From Octopus sinensis (lineage: Eukaryota), in the NCBI RefSeq assembly GCF_006345805.1, contig NC_043002.1:54002001-54066000 (forward strand): a stretch of DNA of 64,000 nucleotides, in the 5' to 3' direction. Every line of letters starts with the position of its first letter. The first letter of the stretch is position 1. Under the pieces are notes generated by a model. The model searched no databases. It was not told where the DNA came from and saw only the letters and a program-made list of their open reading frames with translations. A program made the position numbers and the translations under genes. Positions 36,946 to 49,600 of the stretch are shown piece after piece.

Positions 36946-37838
36946 TGTATTTATGTGTACCGCATCTGTGATGCATATTATCACTCACAAGCCAAGTCAA
37001 CAGAGACAAATTTCTCTTGCGGAAACAATAATGCATGTTCATTCGATCAGCCATGAAACGCAAAGACAATTACATATCAGGCAAAAATCAGCTCTGCTAA
37101 ATGGAACATATTTTATAGTGTGATTATTATACTGGCATGTAGTAATGTAAGTTCAACTGACGTCATTTCAATCTTATGGCATAACTCAACGAAAGAGAAA
37201 GTAAAAACATTGCATTATCGAATTACGTCTAGCACTTAAAACACATTGCAATGATTTTGACGTTAAATAGAAAATCCTCGTCTGAAACATGTGTTACTTT
37301 AATGGATCTAATACGTAAAGTTTCTCTACAACTTAGGAATTAGCAAATCTTGGATAACATTATCGATGTCGATAATTACTGAAACTTAACTATGGAACTT
37401 TTACGAAGTGCCTCTACTTTAACAAGTCTCTACGATTTTGGAAATGAACATCATGTACTCCTTCTTTAATCATGTGTTATAGTATTAATCAACACTGTTA
37501 TTCAAAGCCTCTGGCTCATTTTCTCTATATCTACGCGCATTTTTTCAACTCTTGCTCCAACAAAATTGTTTTCCTAGTTTTCTGATGTCTTAACACCCTA
37601 CACAGATTTGTCACGAGGGTTTAATAGAGCCGCACACCTTGTACCAACTCAGGGACTGACTACAAAAATTCGTAGTTCCCACAAATTCATGACTTTGTAC
37701 ACCTTCGCAATAGGACGCTGGTCATATACTTTCTATTCTCTGACGATTTATTTTATTGTATTCAATTATTAACAACGATGAGTTGCATGATATTATATAA
37801 ATATGCGTGTTTGTGTGTGCGTGTGTGTGTATATTTAT

Positions 37839-37877
<39 letters not shown>

Positions 37878-37878
<1 letters not shown>

Positions 37879-40800
37879 CTTTGATACTTTGATACTTTGA
37901 TAGGTTTCGGCCATGTCTAACTTAATAGCACCACCTTGTCTTTCAAGTCAGAATTTGGGCACTATGGCCCACTCAAGTAGAGAGTTATTGTTTACAGAGA
38001 CATATCCGGGTGTAGGGGGTTTATCCGGGATTTCTTGAAGGAATCTGTCCAAAGACTTCTTGAACCCTATAGGGTCAGTTTCTGTTTTAATGTGTTTTGG
38101 TGTAATGTTAAGAGAGCGGGGCCAATTGAGGTGAAATAATTGTGCCGTATTGTTGTTATGAGATGAGAGTGCGATTTTTTTTTTGGGCGGATGGCACGGG
38201 GCCCAAGGCTTGGATGTACCTTGAAGGTGATGCCAACATCATTTGGGCAATGCTGATGGAATATTTTCCACATCATGCAGATGATGTAGCGCTCACGACG
38301 ACGTTGGAGAGAATAGAGTTTTAGCTTTTCTAGTCGACCCCAATAGTCGAGGCCTGTCATGCCATCTATCTTTTTTGTGATTGCCCTTTGAGGTGCTTCA
38401 ACTTTTATGATACCTTGTATTGTGTGGGAGACCACAGTGGACAACAGTATTCAAGGTGGGGTCGGGCAAAAGTGGAGAAGAGAAGGATAATGGTGTGGAT
38501 ATCTCTCGACTGGAAAGTTCTGAGAATCCAGAACACGTTCTGCGGCCATGTCAACTTTGGTGTTTATATGAGTGGCCCAGCTTATGTTGTTGTCCACAAT
38601 TACTCCCAAGTCTCTGATGTTGTTGGACGCCGCGAGAGTTTCACCTGAAGGAAGGGAGTATGGGAGTTTCAGGCATCCTCTTTTCCAAAGTGGATTAGCT
38701 CAAATTTTCCTCGTTCAGCAGCATATTGTTTTTTTCTGCCATTGGATAACAGCCAGTAGATCTGACTGAAGGCATGTCCGGTCACTCGCCTCATTTATGA
38801 CCTTCTGTAGCTTGGAGTCATCTGCAAAGATTTTTATGTTGCTGTGCTTGATGATGTCATTAATGTCATTAATGTAAATGATGAAAAGAAGTGGGCCCAG
38901 CACAGTGCCTTGCGGAACGCCCTACTGACTTTGGCTGGGCTGATTTTACCCCTTCAACTACAACATGTTGAGATCTGTCTGTCAGAAACTTTCAGTAACT
39001 TTCCAGAGACACCAATGTTGGATAGTTTTTTCAATAGGATCTTGTGATCGACCCTGTCGAAGGCCTTACTGAAATCAAGGTAGATGACATCGGTGTTGGA
39101 GCCCTCTCCCAAAGCTCTCAAAATGTCCTCAAAGTGATGCAGGAGCTGCGTTAGGCAGTCCCTTCCATTACGGAACCCATGTTGGTTGGAGATCAGCCGT
39201 CTGTTGCTTTCCAGAAATTGGGTTATTCGAGATCTCACCACCCTCTCAAATACCTTGATGATATGAGAGGTGAGTGAGATCGGACGGTAATTCACTGCAA
39301 GGGACTTGTTTCCCTTTTTGAAAACTGGGACAACAGACTGGGACAGAAGGTTTTTTGGAATATAGCCAGCATCCAGTGAGTTTCTCCATAGATTAGCAAG
39401 GGGAGATGCAAGTTGGTGTCGACACACTTCAGGACACAAGCAGGGAACCTATCGGGGCCTACTGCTGAATTGTGTTTTATTTCGTTTATCGCCGCTAAGA
39501 CATCAGGGGCACTAAACGTTATGTCCGATATAGTGTGTTGGGGGTGACATCACTGATACAGCCCAGATCGGCCATATCAGGATTGCTGAAAACAGAGCAG
39601 TATTGTTTCTGCAGTATCTCGGCCATGGATTTGGCATTATCTTGGAGAGTGCCAGTTTCGTCAATTAGAGGGCCTACAGTGGAGACAATGACCCTGCGTT
39701 TCCTCGCAAATGAAAAGAACACTTTGGGGTTGAGTTTGATTTTTTCAATGGCCCACTTCTCCTCAGCTGATCTTTGGTTATTGATGAGGGTCTTCATGCA
39801 TTGTTGGAGGTTATATTTTTTTGGTTCAAGCAGTGTGATAGCGGTCGAATGTGTGTGTTGCTGTTGGCAGTACTTTAGTTTGTTAATTTTTTTGTTTGTT
39901 CTTTTTATTTTTCTGATAATGGTTTTTCTGTTTTGTGGGATTCTGCACTTTTTGTTCACAGGTCTTGGTCGGGAGTGTTTTGCACATATGTCTGTGACGG
40001 TGTCTACAAAGATCTGCCAAGATGTTTTATGGTTGGTGGAGATGTGTGTATGTGTAAAGGACCAGTCAACATGTGATAGCTCGTTCCTGATTGCATCCCA
40101 GTTGGCATTATGGAGATCCATGTTGTCAAATGGGTGGGCTGGAGGAAGGTCACTAGGATTAGCTTTCGGCTGTGGAATTTCATGTTACAGAGAACCATCC
40201 ATGGTCTGAAAGAAGGGTTTTTTCCACTGTAACGTTATGTATAGTGTAGTGTGGTTACTAAAGACTAGTTCCAAATGTTCTGATGTCTTGTTGGCGCAAG
40301 GACAAGTTGGGACAAGAAAAACTCATTCGTAAAGTCGAAAAGTGACTCTGCTGCTTCTTTGTCAGCGGTTGAGGCGGAGTGCTTGGTTTCAAACAGTTTG
40401 TAGTCCAGTCAACACAGGGTAGATTGAAGTCTCCCATCATGAGTATGTGCTAGAATGGCACTGTTGAATAAAGCACTTAATGCTGTTGAGGCATTCTTTA
40501 AAGCACAGTATGGGTGTTTTGGGCGGCCTATAGAGCCCAATTACTGTCAGGTCATTGGCTTTGTTGTGCACGGTGACTGATTCACAGTAGCCGTTGGAGA
40601 ATATACTATTTCCATCTGCCGTAAATGAATCATGCAGGAAAATGGCAGTTCCACCCTTCCTCCTGCCGATACGATCCGCGCGGATGGTTGTGAAATTCTT
40701 CACTCTCACTTCGGCTTCCAAGTGGGAGTTGTCAAGGTGGGTCTCAGTGAGAATGAAGAAAGGGATGTGGTGTGAATGGTTACCAACCCAGTCTTCAATG

Positions 40801-42140
40801 AATTGGACCTTCCATTTTTGTGCATTGATGGAAGGGCTGACACCTGTGCATTGAGTAGAAATGTGGAGGTTAGTGTAGTGGCTGGTTTTGACTGTTGCAG
40901 GGGGCTTGGATTTTTTGTGTGTGTTAGTGGCAGCAATGTGGGGAATTGGTGCACTGGGGTAATAGCATAGGATGGTGTTGAGTGATGGCTAGAATGTTTT
41001 TGTGTATCTCTTTTGCCATGTTCAACATGGCTAAAAAAGAATTTTCCTGCTTAGGGAGCAGTTTTTGGCTGGAGGTGTGGTTGCACTGTTGGCTAGGGTT
41101 GTAGTTTTCACTTTGTTGTTGTTGTTTTTGTGTCTTCCTGAAAAGACTGGACCAGCATTACTGCAGCATGGTGTGTTTCTATTTTTATTTTTATTCAGGT
41201 TTGTGTGTTGGCTTGAAGCCCCGTTTCTGTTTGTGCGTCGGGTCCCTGGAAGATGAGTGAAGGACAGTCACTCAGCAGACATGTTCTCTCACGTTGGGAA
41301 TACCGGCAGATTTTGGGACTCCGTTGTGTGTGTTTTGAATTTCGATTTACTATTTGGTGGTGTTGATGTTATTGTGGGATGCGTGCTTTGGCCTTGGCCG
41401 GTAGTGCGTCTAGTGCCGGGTAGATGCGTGAAGATGCAGTCACTATTTGTGCAGAGTCTCTGGCGCAGTGAATAGCGGCATATTTGGGGATTTCTTGTTT
41501 GTGCCGTGGGGGGCACATTCTGCTTCCTATGTTTCTTTAAGTTTTTGTTTTTGTTACTCAGTAGTATTGAGGTGGTGATGTGGGGGAAGAGGGCAGTGGT
41601 TTCTTATTTGGTTTTCTGTTGGTATTTTTGGTGATAGAAGACGATGGTGGCAGCGGGGGTGATGATGATGATGATAATTGGGGTGGTTGCTGTGAGAGCG
41701 GTGAAAAGATACTGGCATTTAGTGATCATCTAGTAAGCTAGAGTTGAGGAGTGGCTGTTGTTGTTCTTTGCTGTGGCTGTTGTTGTTGTGTTGTGCTTGA
41801 CCGATGTTAGGGTCAGCCATTGTGCTGGGAACCAGGAGTGGCTCATTCTGTTGTTGTTGTTGTTGTGGCTGCTGATTTTCTAGCTGTTGCTGTTCTTGAA
41901 CTGTGAAAATATGAAGAAGCTTTTCATAATGGCCTTTTGTCAGTTTGAAAGATACTTCGATATGTTTCAGCTTGCTACGAATCAGTTGACGGATCGTGTG
42001 TTGACCACTTGTGATGTTTTTTCAGCAATCTCATTCAAACACAAAACATTTAGATTTTCTGTTTGGGAAAGAGAGAACCATGTGTTTATTAAACATCAAT
42101 TTCGTTATCAGACCAATTTCGTCTGTTGCAGGCCTGCAAG
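37878..42140 (-). mobile_element. Near-full-length, frameshifted CR1-type LINE (ORF1 with CCCH fingers; ORF2 APE endonuclease + RT)
   Basis: APE region about 40200-40960 (GGTAIFL, IGLYRPP, MMGDFNLP). RT region about 38400-39440 (NYRPISLTS, QHGFR, YLDFSKAFDRV, GPLLFIIYINDI, IFADDSKL), followed by KLYSLQRRRERY. The 3' tail is (ATCAAAGT)3 at 37878-37901, an 8-bp repeat tail as in CR1. The 5' boundary is approximate. Confidence 0.93.
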
Positions 42141-42466
42141 TTAGTCATGTTTGTTTTTCTTTTGTTTGTTTTCCTTTTGATTTTTGAAAATATATATATT
42201 CTTTCTTGGGAGTTAAAGAAGTGTATAATATATAAATGTTCTCTCTTAAGGTTTGTGAGTTTTTGATTATTTGTTGTTTGAGGATATTAAAAGAAAAACA
42301 GGTGTATATAACAATTTGTAGTTAAATGAAAACGTACTTACGGGTTTGTAGGCAAACACGTGGGTACAATATATATATTTAAGGGCAGTTAGTTTTGAAG
42401 CTGTGTAGCTTGCTACTGACTTGGGAGAGAAACAAATAGACGTCCGTCCACTTCAACAGTTAATCC

Positions 42467-42497
<31 letters not shown>

Positions 42498-42502
42498 ATA
42501 TA

Positions 42503-42767
42503 CAAAATTAAGAGGAATGGCTACTAAAGTGGACAGCCTGTATGCTAAACATAGACGTCAAATCGCCATTACCACGAAGAATATGTTCTCAAGAAAAAAT
42601 TGCCAGCAAAACGAAGATAGGCGTTTTCATTTGTCTTACTCACTTTTAAATTTTAGCGTTTTGGTGGGATTGTTTTCTTCAGAACATATTCTTCGTGGTA
42701 ATGGCAATTTGACGTCTATGTTTAGCATATAGGGTGTTCACTTTAGTGGACATTCCTCTTAATTTTG
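42503..42767. mobile_element. Tc1/mariner-type MITE, about 95-bp TIRs, TA target-site duplication
   Basis: CAAAATTAAGAGGAATG...GAAGAATATGTTCTCAAGAAAA (42503-42598) is the reverse complement of 42673-42767. TA flanks both ends. Confidence 0.9.
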
Positions 42768-42897
42768 TATGTAACACAATTTTTAATCTTCGGACTTTTA
42801 AATATGCTAAGCCACTAGTTTTAATTGATTAGCATCAATTTCTCCCTTATTATCTAATTATATATATATATATATATCTATATATATATATATATTA

Positions 42898-42950
<53 letters not shown>

Positions 42951-42954
<4 letters not shown>

Positions 42955-43069
42955 CCTGCTCGCTAGCCAGCGGGTGGGCGTCATTCGAAGGCTAAAACAA
43001 TGCGAACGCATTGTGACCAGCGATGTGTAACAACATCTGATGGTCTGGTCGGTCACGTGATCACGTGAT
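42951..43069 (+). mobile_element. 5'-truncated SINE/LINE 3' tail inserted in a (TA)n array
   Basis: GGCCTGCTCGCTAGCCAGC...GGTCGGTCACGTGATCACGTGA; same tail as about 5545-5670. Confidence 0.8.
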
Positions 43070-43101
43070 ATATATATATATATATATATATTATACATAT
43101 G

Positions 43102-43132
<31 letters not shown>

Positions 43133-43300
43133 GTATATACAAGAGAGAGTGAGAACGAGAGAGAAAGATAGATCAACGTGTATTTCCTTGCATATTCTCT
43201 TCTTTTTTTATTGACTGCATGTTATCTCCGTTACTTCCTCATTTATGTGTCACCAACAAAAACATATTTATTGTATCTTGGTCACAAGTAGAGGAAATAA

Positions 43301-43357
<57 letters not shown>

Positions 43358-43439
43358 GATCATTAACATTAATGTTGTTGCTGGTGTTGTTAATATTAAA
43401 TCGAAATAAATAAATCCATTATATAGCTGCTACTTTCTT

Positions 43440-44190
43440 TTCAGTCTCTTTACTTTCTTCGTTTCCAGATTTCCTTCTCTATCACCATCTCTCTCTCTTT
43501 ATCTCTTTTTCTCACCTCTCTCTCTCTCTCTCTTTCTCTTTCTTTTTGTCCCTTTCTCTCAGACGATCTTACTGTTATTTTTTCCTTTCACTCACCTTTT
43601 ACTTTTACCTTTCATTCTTCTCCTTTGTCCGCTATATTCACCCTATACTTTATCCGTTCATTATTTATTCTGTTGCCTTTTCCCACTCGGGTTCTTTTTC
43701 CCATGTTTCTCATTCTTCTCTGTCTTCTCTTTCTTTCTCTCTCCCTTCCTCTCTTTCGCACTTTCTCTCTCTCTCTCTCTCGGTCTCTCTCTCTCTCTCT
43801 CTCTCCAAATTATATCTTGCTTATCTCTCCGCCTTCAGATTTTTCGTTTTCTTTCTTCCTTTCTCACACAGAGATTGTTTCTTTTCCGTTTCCTCTCGCG
43901 CTTTCACGTGTCTCTCTATCTTTTCTTTGCCATTTTTCTCTTGCGTACATTTTTGCTCTGATTCTATCTTTCTCTCTTTCTCTCCCCTTCTCTCTACCTC
44001 TTTCTCTCTCTCCGTCTCTCCCTCTTTATCTCTCTCTCCCCATGTCTTTCCTTCTGATAGTATTTTTGTCTCTCCTACTCTATCTCATTGTTTTCCCATC
44101 TCTTTCTTTGTTTCTCTCCCACACTCTCTCACACACTCTCTCTTTTTCTCTCTGTCTTTTTGTCTCTTCTTCACTCACCATTACTCTTAT
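43440..44190. repeat. Long pyrimidine-rich (CT)n-derived low-complexity tract
   Basis: Read directly; explains the S/L/F-rich ORFs 43546-44199 and 43625-44290. Confidence 0.9.
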
Positions 44191-44227
44191 ATATTATAAA
44201 ATACTTCACATTTTACACACCACTCAG

Positions 44228-44406
44228 TCATTGGCGATGAACCAAGCAAAATCCACTGTGGCTTACGCATTAACACGGACAACATTTTAAAATCCCACGA
44301 CGAAAACTATAATTTTCTCTGCTCGGATGAATTCGCGATTCTGAAATCTCTATTGTTTGCAATACCATCGGTATATTCTCGTGATATTTTAAAACACTTG
44401 ATATCG
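44228..44406 (+). CDS. Candidate exon, unassigned (xIGDEPSKIHCGLRINTDNILKSHDENYNFLCSDEFAILKSLLFAIPSVYSRDILKHLIS)
   Basis: Follows ccactcag. The frame stays open for about 98 codons (to TAA at 44521-44523) in AT-rich, non-repetitive DNA. Possible donors are TCG|gtatat (44371) and TCG|gtaaat (44407). Confidence 0.3.
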
Positions 44407-45579
44407 GTAAATTTATTACATATGCTACGAGACATTAAGTCCCTGTGCGATAAAACATTACAGTGTATTCAAGTGAATATTATACGATATGAATATCTGC
44501 TGGCCAGTTCAAACAAAAAGTAATTGAATGCTTCCGGTGTGTCGAGTTCGTGACACAGGTTCAATTCTCAGTTCAACCATTTCTTCTACAATTTTCCTCT
44601 GTGTCTGTAATTTCAATATGACCGTAGCCTTTAAACACAAAGGAATTTTTAAACTTTGTTCTATTGATTTCTGGATATGAAAGAAGTCTCCGGTAAACCA
44701 AGTACACCGCATGGTTTCCTTTCAGTTTACGAGGTATTTACTTTCTTTGCATCTACAGGTATTTGTGAATGTGTATGAACTGTATGGAGCAATAAAAATG
44801 TTTCTTGATTTCCGACTCAGTAATTCAGTTAGACGTTCGGAAAATAAAATATATTTGTTATCATAACGGAGTCGGTTGATTTTGAAAAAGTATAACATAA
44901 ACCTTCCAAAACTTTCGTTTGTAATTAATTTGTAAGACACCATAGGAAGCTTACAATAAATATGTGCAGTAAGAAATAGAAAAAGAATAGGTAAAAACAA
45001 AGATAAAGAAAGAAACCAAAAACACTGTCGAAGACATAGAATGTGAGAAAGAAGTACGACATAGAGAGAATATATGTGTGTGTGGGGGGGGTATGATCAG
45101 ATGCGCTGACGTGCAACAATTAAATCACATGTTTCGGCTCTAATATTATCGCGTTAAACTACCACTTGTACATAAATTGTCCGTATCCAATGGTGGGATA
45201 TGTGATATGACATAATACAAAGAGCACATCACTAATAATAACAGTGAAGGACGTTATTATTATTCTAATTGTTATTCTAATTCTTACATGTTTCAGTATT
45301 CGGCAATTTTTAGCGATTGTCTGAAGATGTGTTTGCTTCATGACTGACTTATAATCTGCACCTACTGCCCGCATCAGTAGTGTGATATCATTTTCTGCCG
45401 AATACTGAAATGCTGAAAAAAATGTAATAGTTGGAATAAAAGATTGCCAAGTAACACCTATCTTCGTTTCTCATTATACTGTCGAGGAGAGGCAATGTTA
45501 GAAATAAGCAGGGCAGTCAGTGACTAATTATGTGTATGATAAAAATTGACATGAGCAATTAGGTGCAATAAAATACCAT

Positions 45580-45719
45580 GTGTATACTGACTGACCGATT
45601 TAGCCATCAGGCGAATGAGTAGTCACTGCTGACGAGTCTTCGACTGATAGACAAATTTAGTCTAGTCCAATGCTCTTAGATTCGCTCATGGGGCGGTTAT
45701 CTCCCCTGTCAGTATACAC
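45580..45719. mobile_element. Small MITE-like element with 12-bp TIRs
   Basis: GTGTATACTGAC (45580-45591) and GTCAGTATACAC (45708-45719), with further partial internal symmetry. No clear target-site duplication. Confidence 0.55.
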
Positions 45720-45944
45720 TTCATAAAGCATTAAGAGCTTTTTTTGCAACATAGGTGCTTTAGCACCCTCAGTCACAATTAGTGACGATTAAGTTTTTCA
45801 TTTGTGGTCTTATATTGCGTCTTAGTGTTTATGTTAATTATATATATACACATTTATAAATGTATATGCATATATGTATATATATATATATATATTATAT
45901 ATATATATATTATATATATATATATATATACACAAACACACATA

Positions 45945-46463
45945 GAGGGTGGGCTAAAATCAGTGCCCCATATTTATGTGCTTATTAGTTCTGTAGTTTC
46001 TTGATGCATGCTGTTATTATTTCTATATGTCATTCGTGAGAGAATGCTGGCAGAACCCAGAGAATCCAGATTTTTTGATCGACTCATTTTCTTTGATGAA
46101 GCGACCTTCCATATTTCCGGTTACATCAACCGCCCTAACAGCTTCTATTTTTCAGAAGATGGCCCTAAAGTGGTTTAGGAAAAGCAAGTTAATTCACTTT
46201 CCTTAGTCATTTGAGCGGCGATATCGTCTTCAGGAATTTGTGCATTCTATATTCAACAAGAGACGATGAATGGTGATCGTTACCAGGCGTTGTGTGAAAC
46301 CATCATCTGGCCGTATTTTCGACACCGTCATTCCAAAATCTTTGTGTAAGGGAGGGCACCTCCTCATTATGAGAAGTGCGTAAGAAACTTCCTCGTTTAG
46401 CATCTACGAAAACGTTGGATTTTCCAAAAAGTCAAGTTGCGATACTAATTTTGGCCCACACTG
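45945..46463 (+). mobile_element. Internally deleted Tc1/mariner element (FxDEATFH type, rosa/DD41D-like)
   Basis: TIRs GAGGGTGGGCTAAAATCAGT and ACTAATTTTGGCCCACACTG, each flanked by TA. Internal frames give NPDFFDRLIFFDEATFHISGYINRPN and TMNGDRYQ...GRAPPHYEKCVRNFL. Confidence 0.8.
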
Positions 46464-46485
46464 TATATATATACACACACACACC

Positions 46486-46545
<60 letters not shown>

Positions 46546-48838
46546 TGTGTGTGTGTGTGTGTGATTATTTGCGGAAATGTTGGTCCCGTAGCAAATAAAA
46601 ATATAAATAATAGCATGTAAATTTTAGGTTAAAAACAAGCCGAACACTTGGTCTATAGCAATCCTTCAAATGTCTCATACCAATTTTGAAGCTTTATTCT
46701 TTGTATCTATAAGATAGTATGAGCGGGACGATACAGATAAGGTGACTTGGATTCAAGAGATAAATCCGTGTAATGAGCAATTTATTGTGGAATAGTATAG
46801 AGTATATTTTGTAGTACTGTATGTACACTATGGTGGGCTTTGCATAGAGTTGTCAATAGGAACATGTACATTTATCTTAGTCTTTCATTAGTCAGACAAC
46901 CATATTTTCTTCGTCTAATCATTTACATTTGTTTGTTTCTTGTTGTTTTATGTGTGTGATATTTTAGTACGAAGCAATGCAACGACTATAATATTTATAC
47001 AGAAATTGATTGAAAGTAATGCTGAAGAAACGAGGTCACATCAGTGAGTTGCTACATTAGTCTACATAAGTAAACATGCACCAGCATATCACGTTATACT
47101 CAGAGAGGCGTACTGGTCAGTATTATTGCTTGCAGGAGAGTGGACTTTGCTGAAGTGAATATTGTTAAACTCGACAACCTACTAAGCTTACCCAAATCAT
47201 GGGTTCACACGAATCTATAATAAAAGGGATATTCTGAAATTCATGACATTTAATGTGTTTAATTAAAGAGAATTGTTAATGAATTTAAATTGCACGAAGC
47301 TCACTCGCTTTGCACCCGCACATGTAAAGTTCTGTTGCCAGGCACAGAGCGGCCAAGGTCTTGTAAGTGTATTTGGCAGACGGAAACTTTTGGAAGCCCA
47401 TTGTGTGCAACTATGTGTGTGTGTGCGCGCGCGTTCAGTTTTGTATGTATGTGTGCGTGCTTGCTTTAAGTATTTGTTTCCCCCCACTGCTTCGCAATTG
47501 GTGTTGGTTTGTATACATCCCCGAAATTCAGCACTTCATCAAGAGATGGATAGAATAAGTACTAAACTAAAGAAGTGAGTACTGACTTCAATTTCTTGGA
47601 CTAAACACTTCAAGTCAGTGCTGCAGCATGGTCAATATCCCATGACTAAAATGAGTAAAAAATAAAAAGATTATTGACAAGAAAGGGAAGTTAAGGGACA
47701 CCGAAACTTTAAAATATTACAATATAAACTGGTATATGCGATGACAAGTCAGTTTGATCTTTCGTATGTATGGTGGAAACTCGCGACGCGATTCTATTTG
47801 ATTGTATCTCTTAGCCTAAGTTTAGTCTAACACGTACTTATCAGATATTGGAAAGACTGTCAGGATATAGCCTCTGTGTAAAAATGATTCACTGATTAAA
47901 TAATTTAATTAGACAATATTGGAAAATTTCTGAGAGATGCCTTCCGGTAGAAACAACTACCTAACATGCAACACAGCTGAATCGAAACTGAATCAAGTGA
48001 ATACGAAGTAATTTCTGAACAACTCATTTGTTTATACTCTAAACACATATTCTTGATTCGTTCATAGATTAGGCAAGAATAAATTCAATATATTTGTTTA
48101 AGTTATAAATCGTAAAGTAAATTGCAAATAGATTTCTTAAAGTTAATTAGAACAATTTAATTGAAATGTTTTCAGTCTTGTGTTTACGTAATTGAGTTAT
48201 GTTCAAGAGAAACCGTAGAAATATGGCACAAAACGTGTAAGGATTCAACACGATCTCAAAATTCGATCGACGCGTGATGACATCATAATGCTAATCTTTA
48301 GGGAGTGCTTCAATGAGTCACGTTATCAAACAGAGGCGGCAGAGCAGTGCAAGGCCATGTTAAGCTCAATTTTAATTTAATTTTTTTTATATATGAAATC
48401 ATTATATTTCTATATTTGCATAAATTTAAAAGATAAACAGTTGTTAAAGATTAACATATAATCAAATATCACAAGATATTTTCTTCAATATTTAAACCAA
48501 TTGCCGATATACATATATACACAACTGTACAATACATATCTGAGTGTGTGTGTGTGAGAGCTTTGTGCGCGCATATTTGTGCGTGTGTGTGTGTATGCAT
48601 TTGTATATATGTGTGCATGTAGGCGGCACATGTGCATGTATATTGCGCATCCGATTGACTTCCGCCTAGCTAACTTCCCTCGGAAGGTTTGACGTCACCC
48701 AAAGCCTTGGAAGATGTCGAAAGGTGCAAAAGCGCGGAATCAAAATTACAAGAAACGATTCTAACTTAGGGAGCAACCAAAAAGTCACAAGGATCAAGGT
48801 TTAGACTGTTGGGAGGGTGAGGGACAGTCTTGATACCC

Positions 48839-48879
<41 letters not shown>

Positions 48880-49600
48880 GGATAGTAAGTTACTCAGATA
48901 AAATTGTGAACTGGTGCATTGTCCAGAAACAGGTGCCACTAACAGGAGTGCAAGAGTTCTAGTCTCTAAGTATTCTTTCTTGGCAGTCCAGTTAGAGGGA
49001 ACTCGGTGGATTTAGTGATACTCTTGCTGTCGAAAAAGGTGATTGGTATGAGATTCCCAGTGGACTTGTTTTGCTTGGCCTACTTGAATCAGGATACTCC
49101 CACTGCGCACTCTGTCTCTTGGTCTCTGGATCATACCAGTACATCACAGATAACTAGTTCATTTGGATTGGAGATACTCAGCTCAACCATCATTCTGCTA
49201 ACACCACTGTGTTTTTCCTTCTGCTCGTCACTGAACACCCCGAGGAACAAGCTTGGTACAGATTTTGCGTATGTTCAATAATTTTGTGCACACTTGCCAC
49301 ACAAAGTCCAAATTATATGCTTATTGTCTTTATAGACACACGATACTCTCATCCAGAAATTTCGAATTGTCTCAACTAGTTCTGATAGTTTGACATCCTT
49401 CTACATTTCTCAAATTTCCCTCAATTCCTCTATACTGGACTTGAACTTCTTGTGCCAGATAAAAACTGATACTAGGTTCATACAAGTTAATCCAAAAGCA
49501 GTCTTCAGCAATTCATTTGTTTCTGATGCGTTTCTGTCTAATTTAACACTAAACTTGCTTGCATAACGAACTTCCAAATTTCCTTCACGGCCTAACTGCA
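48880..49600 (-). mobile_element. Degenerate mariner (DD34D-type) transposase relic
   Basis: ORF 49410-49601 reads EVRYASKFSVKLDRNASETNELLKTAFGLTCMNLVSVFIWHKKFK (N-terminal HTH). Further motifs include AKFVPR, a YDPETKRQS-like segment and FLDNAPVHN. Confidence 0.85.

Noticed and set aside
37878-42140. The CR1-type LINE as an active autonomous element
   Set aside because: ORF2 is split across many frames by frameshifts and stops, so this copy is defective unless these are assembly errors.
45629-45660. CTGACGA-GTC...GAC-AAA as a hammerhead
   Set aside because: G12 is missing and no stem I or III can be formed.
48290-48330. TGACATCA and TGAGTCA motifs as an enhancer
   Set aside because: Short motifs of this kind are expected by chance in 64 kb, and there is no independent support.
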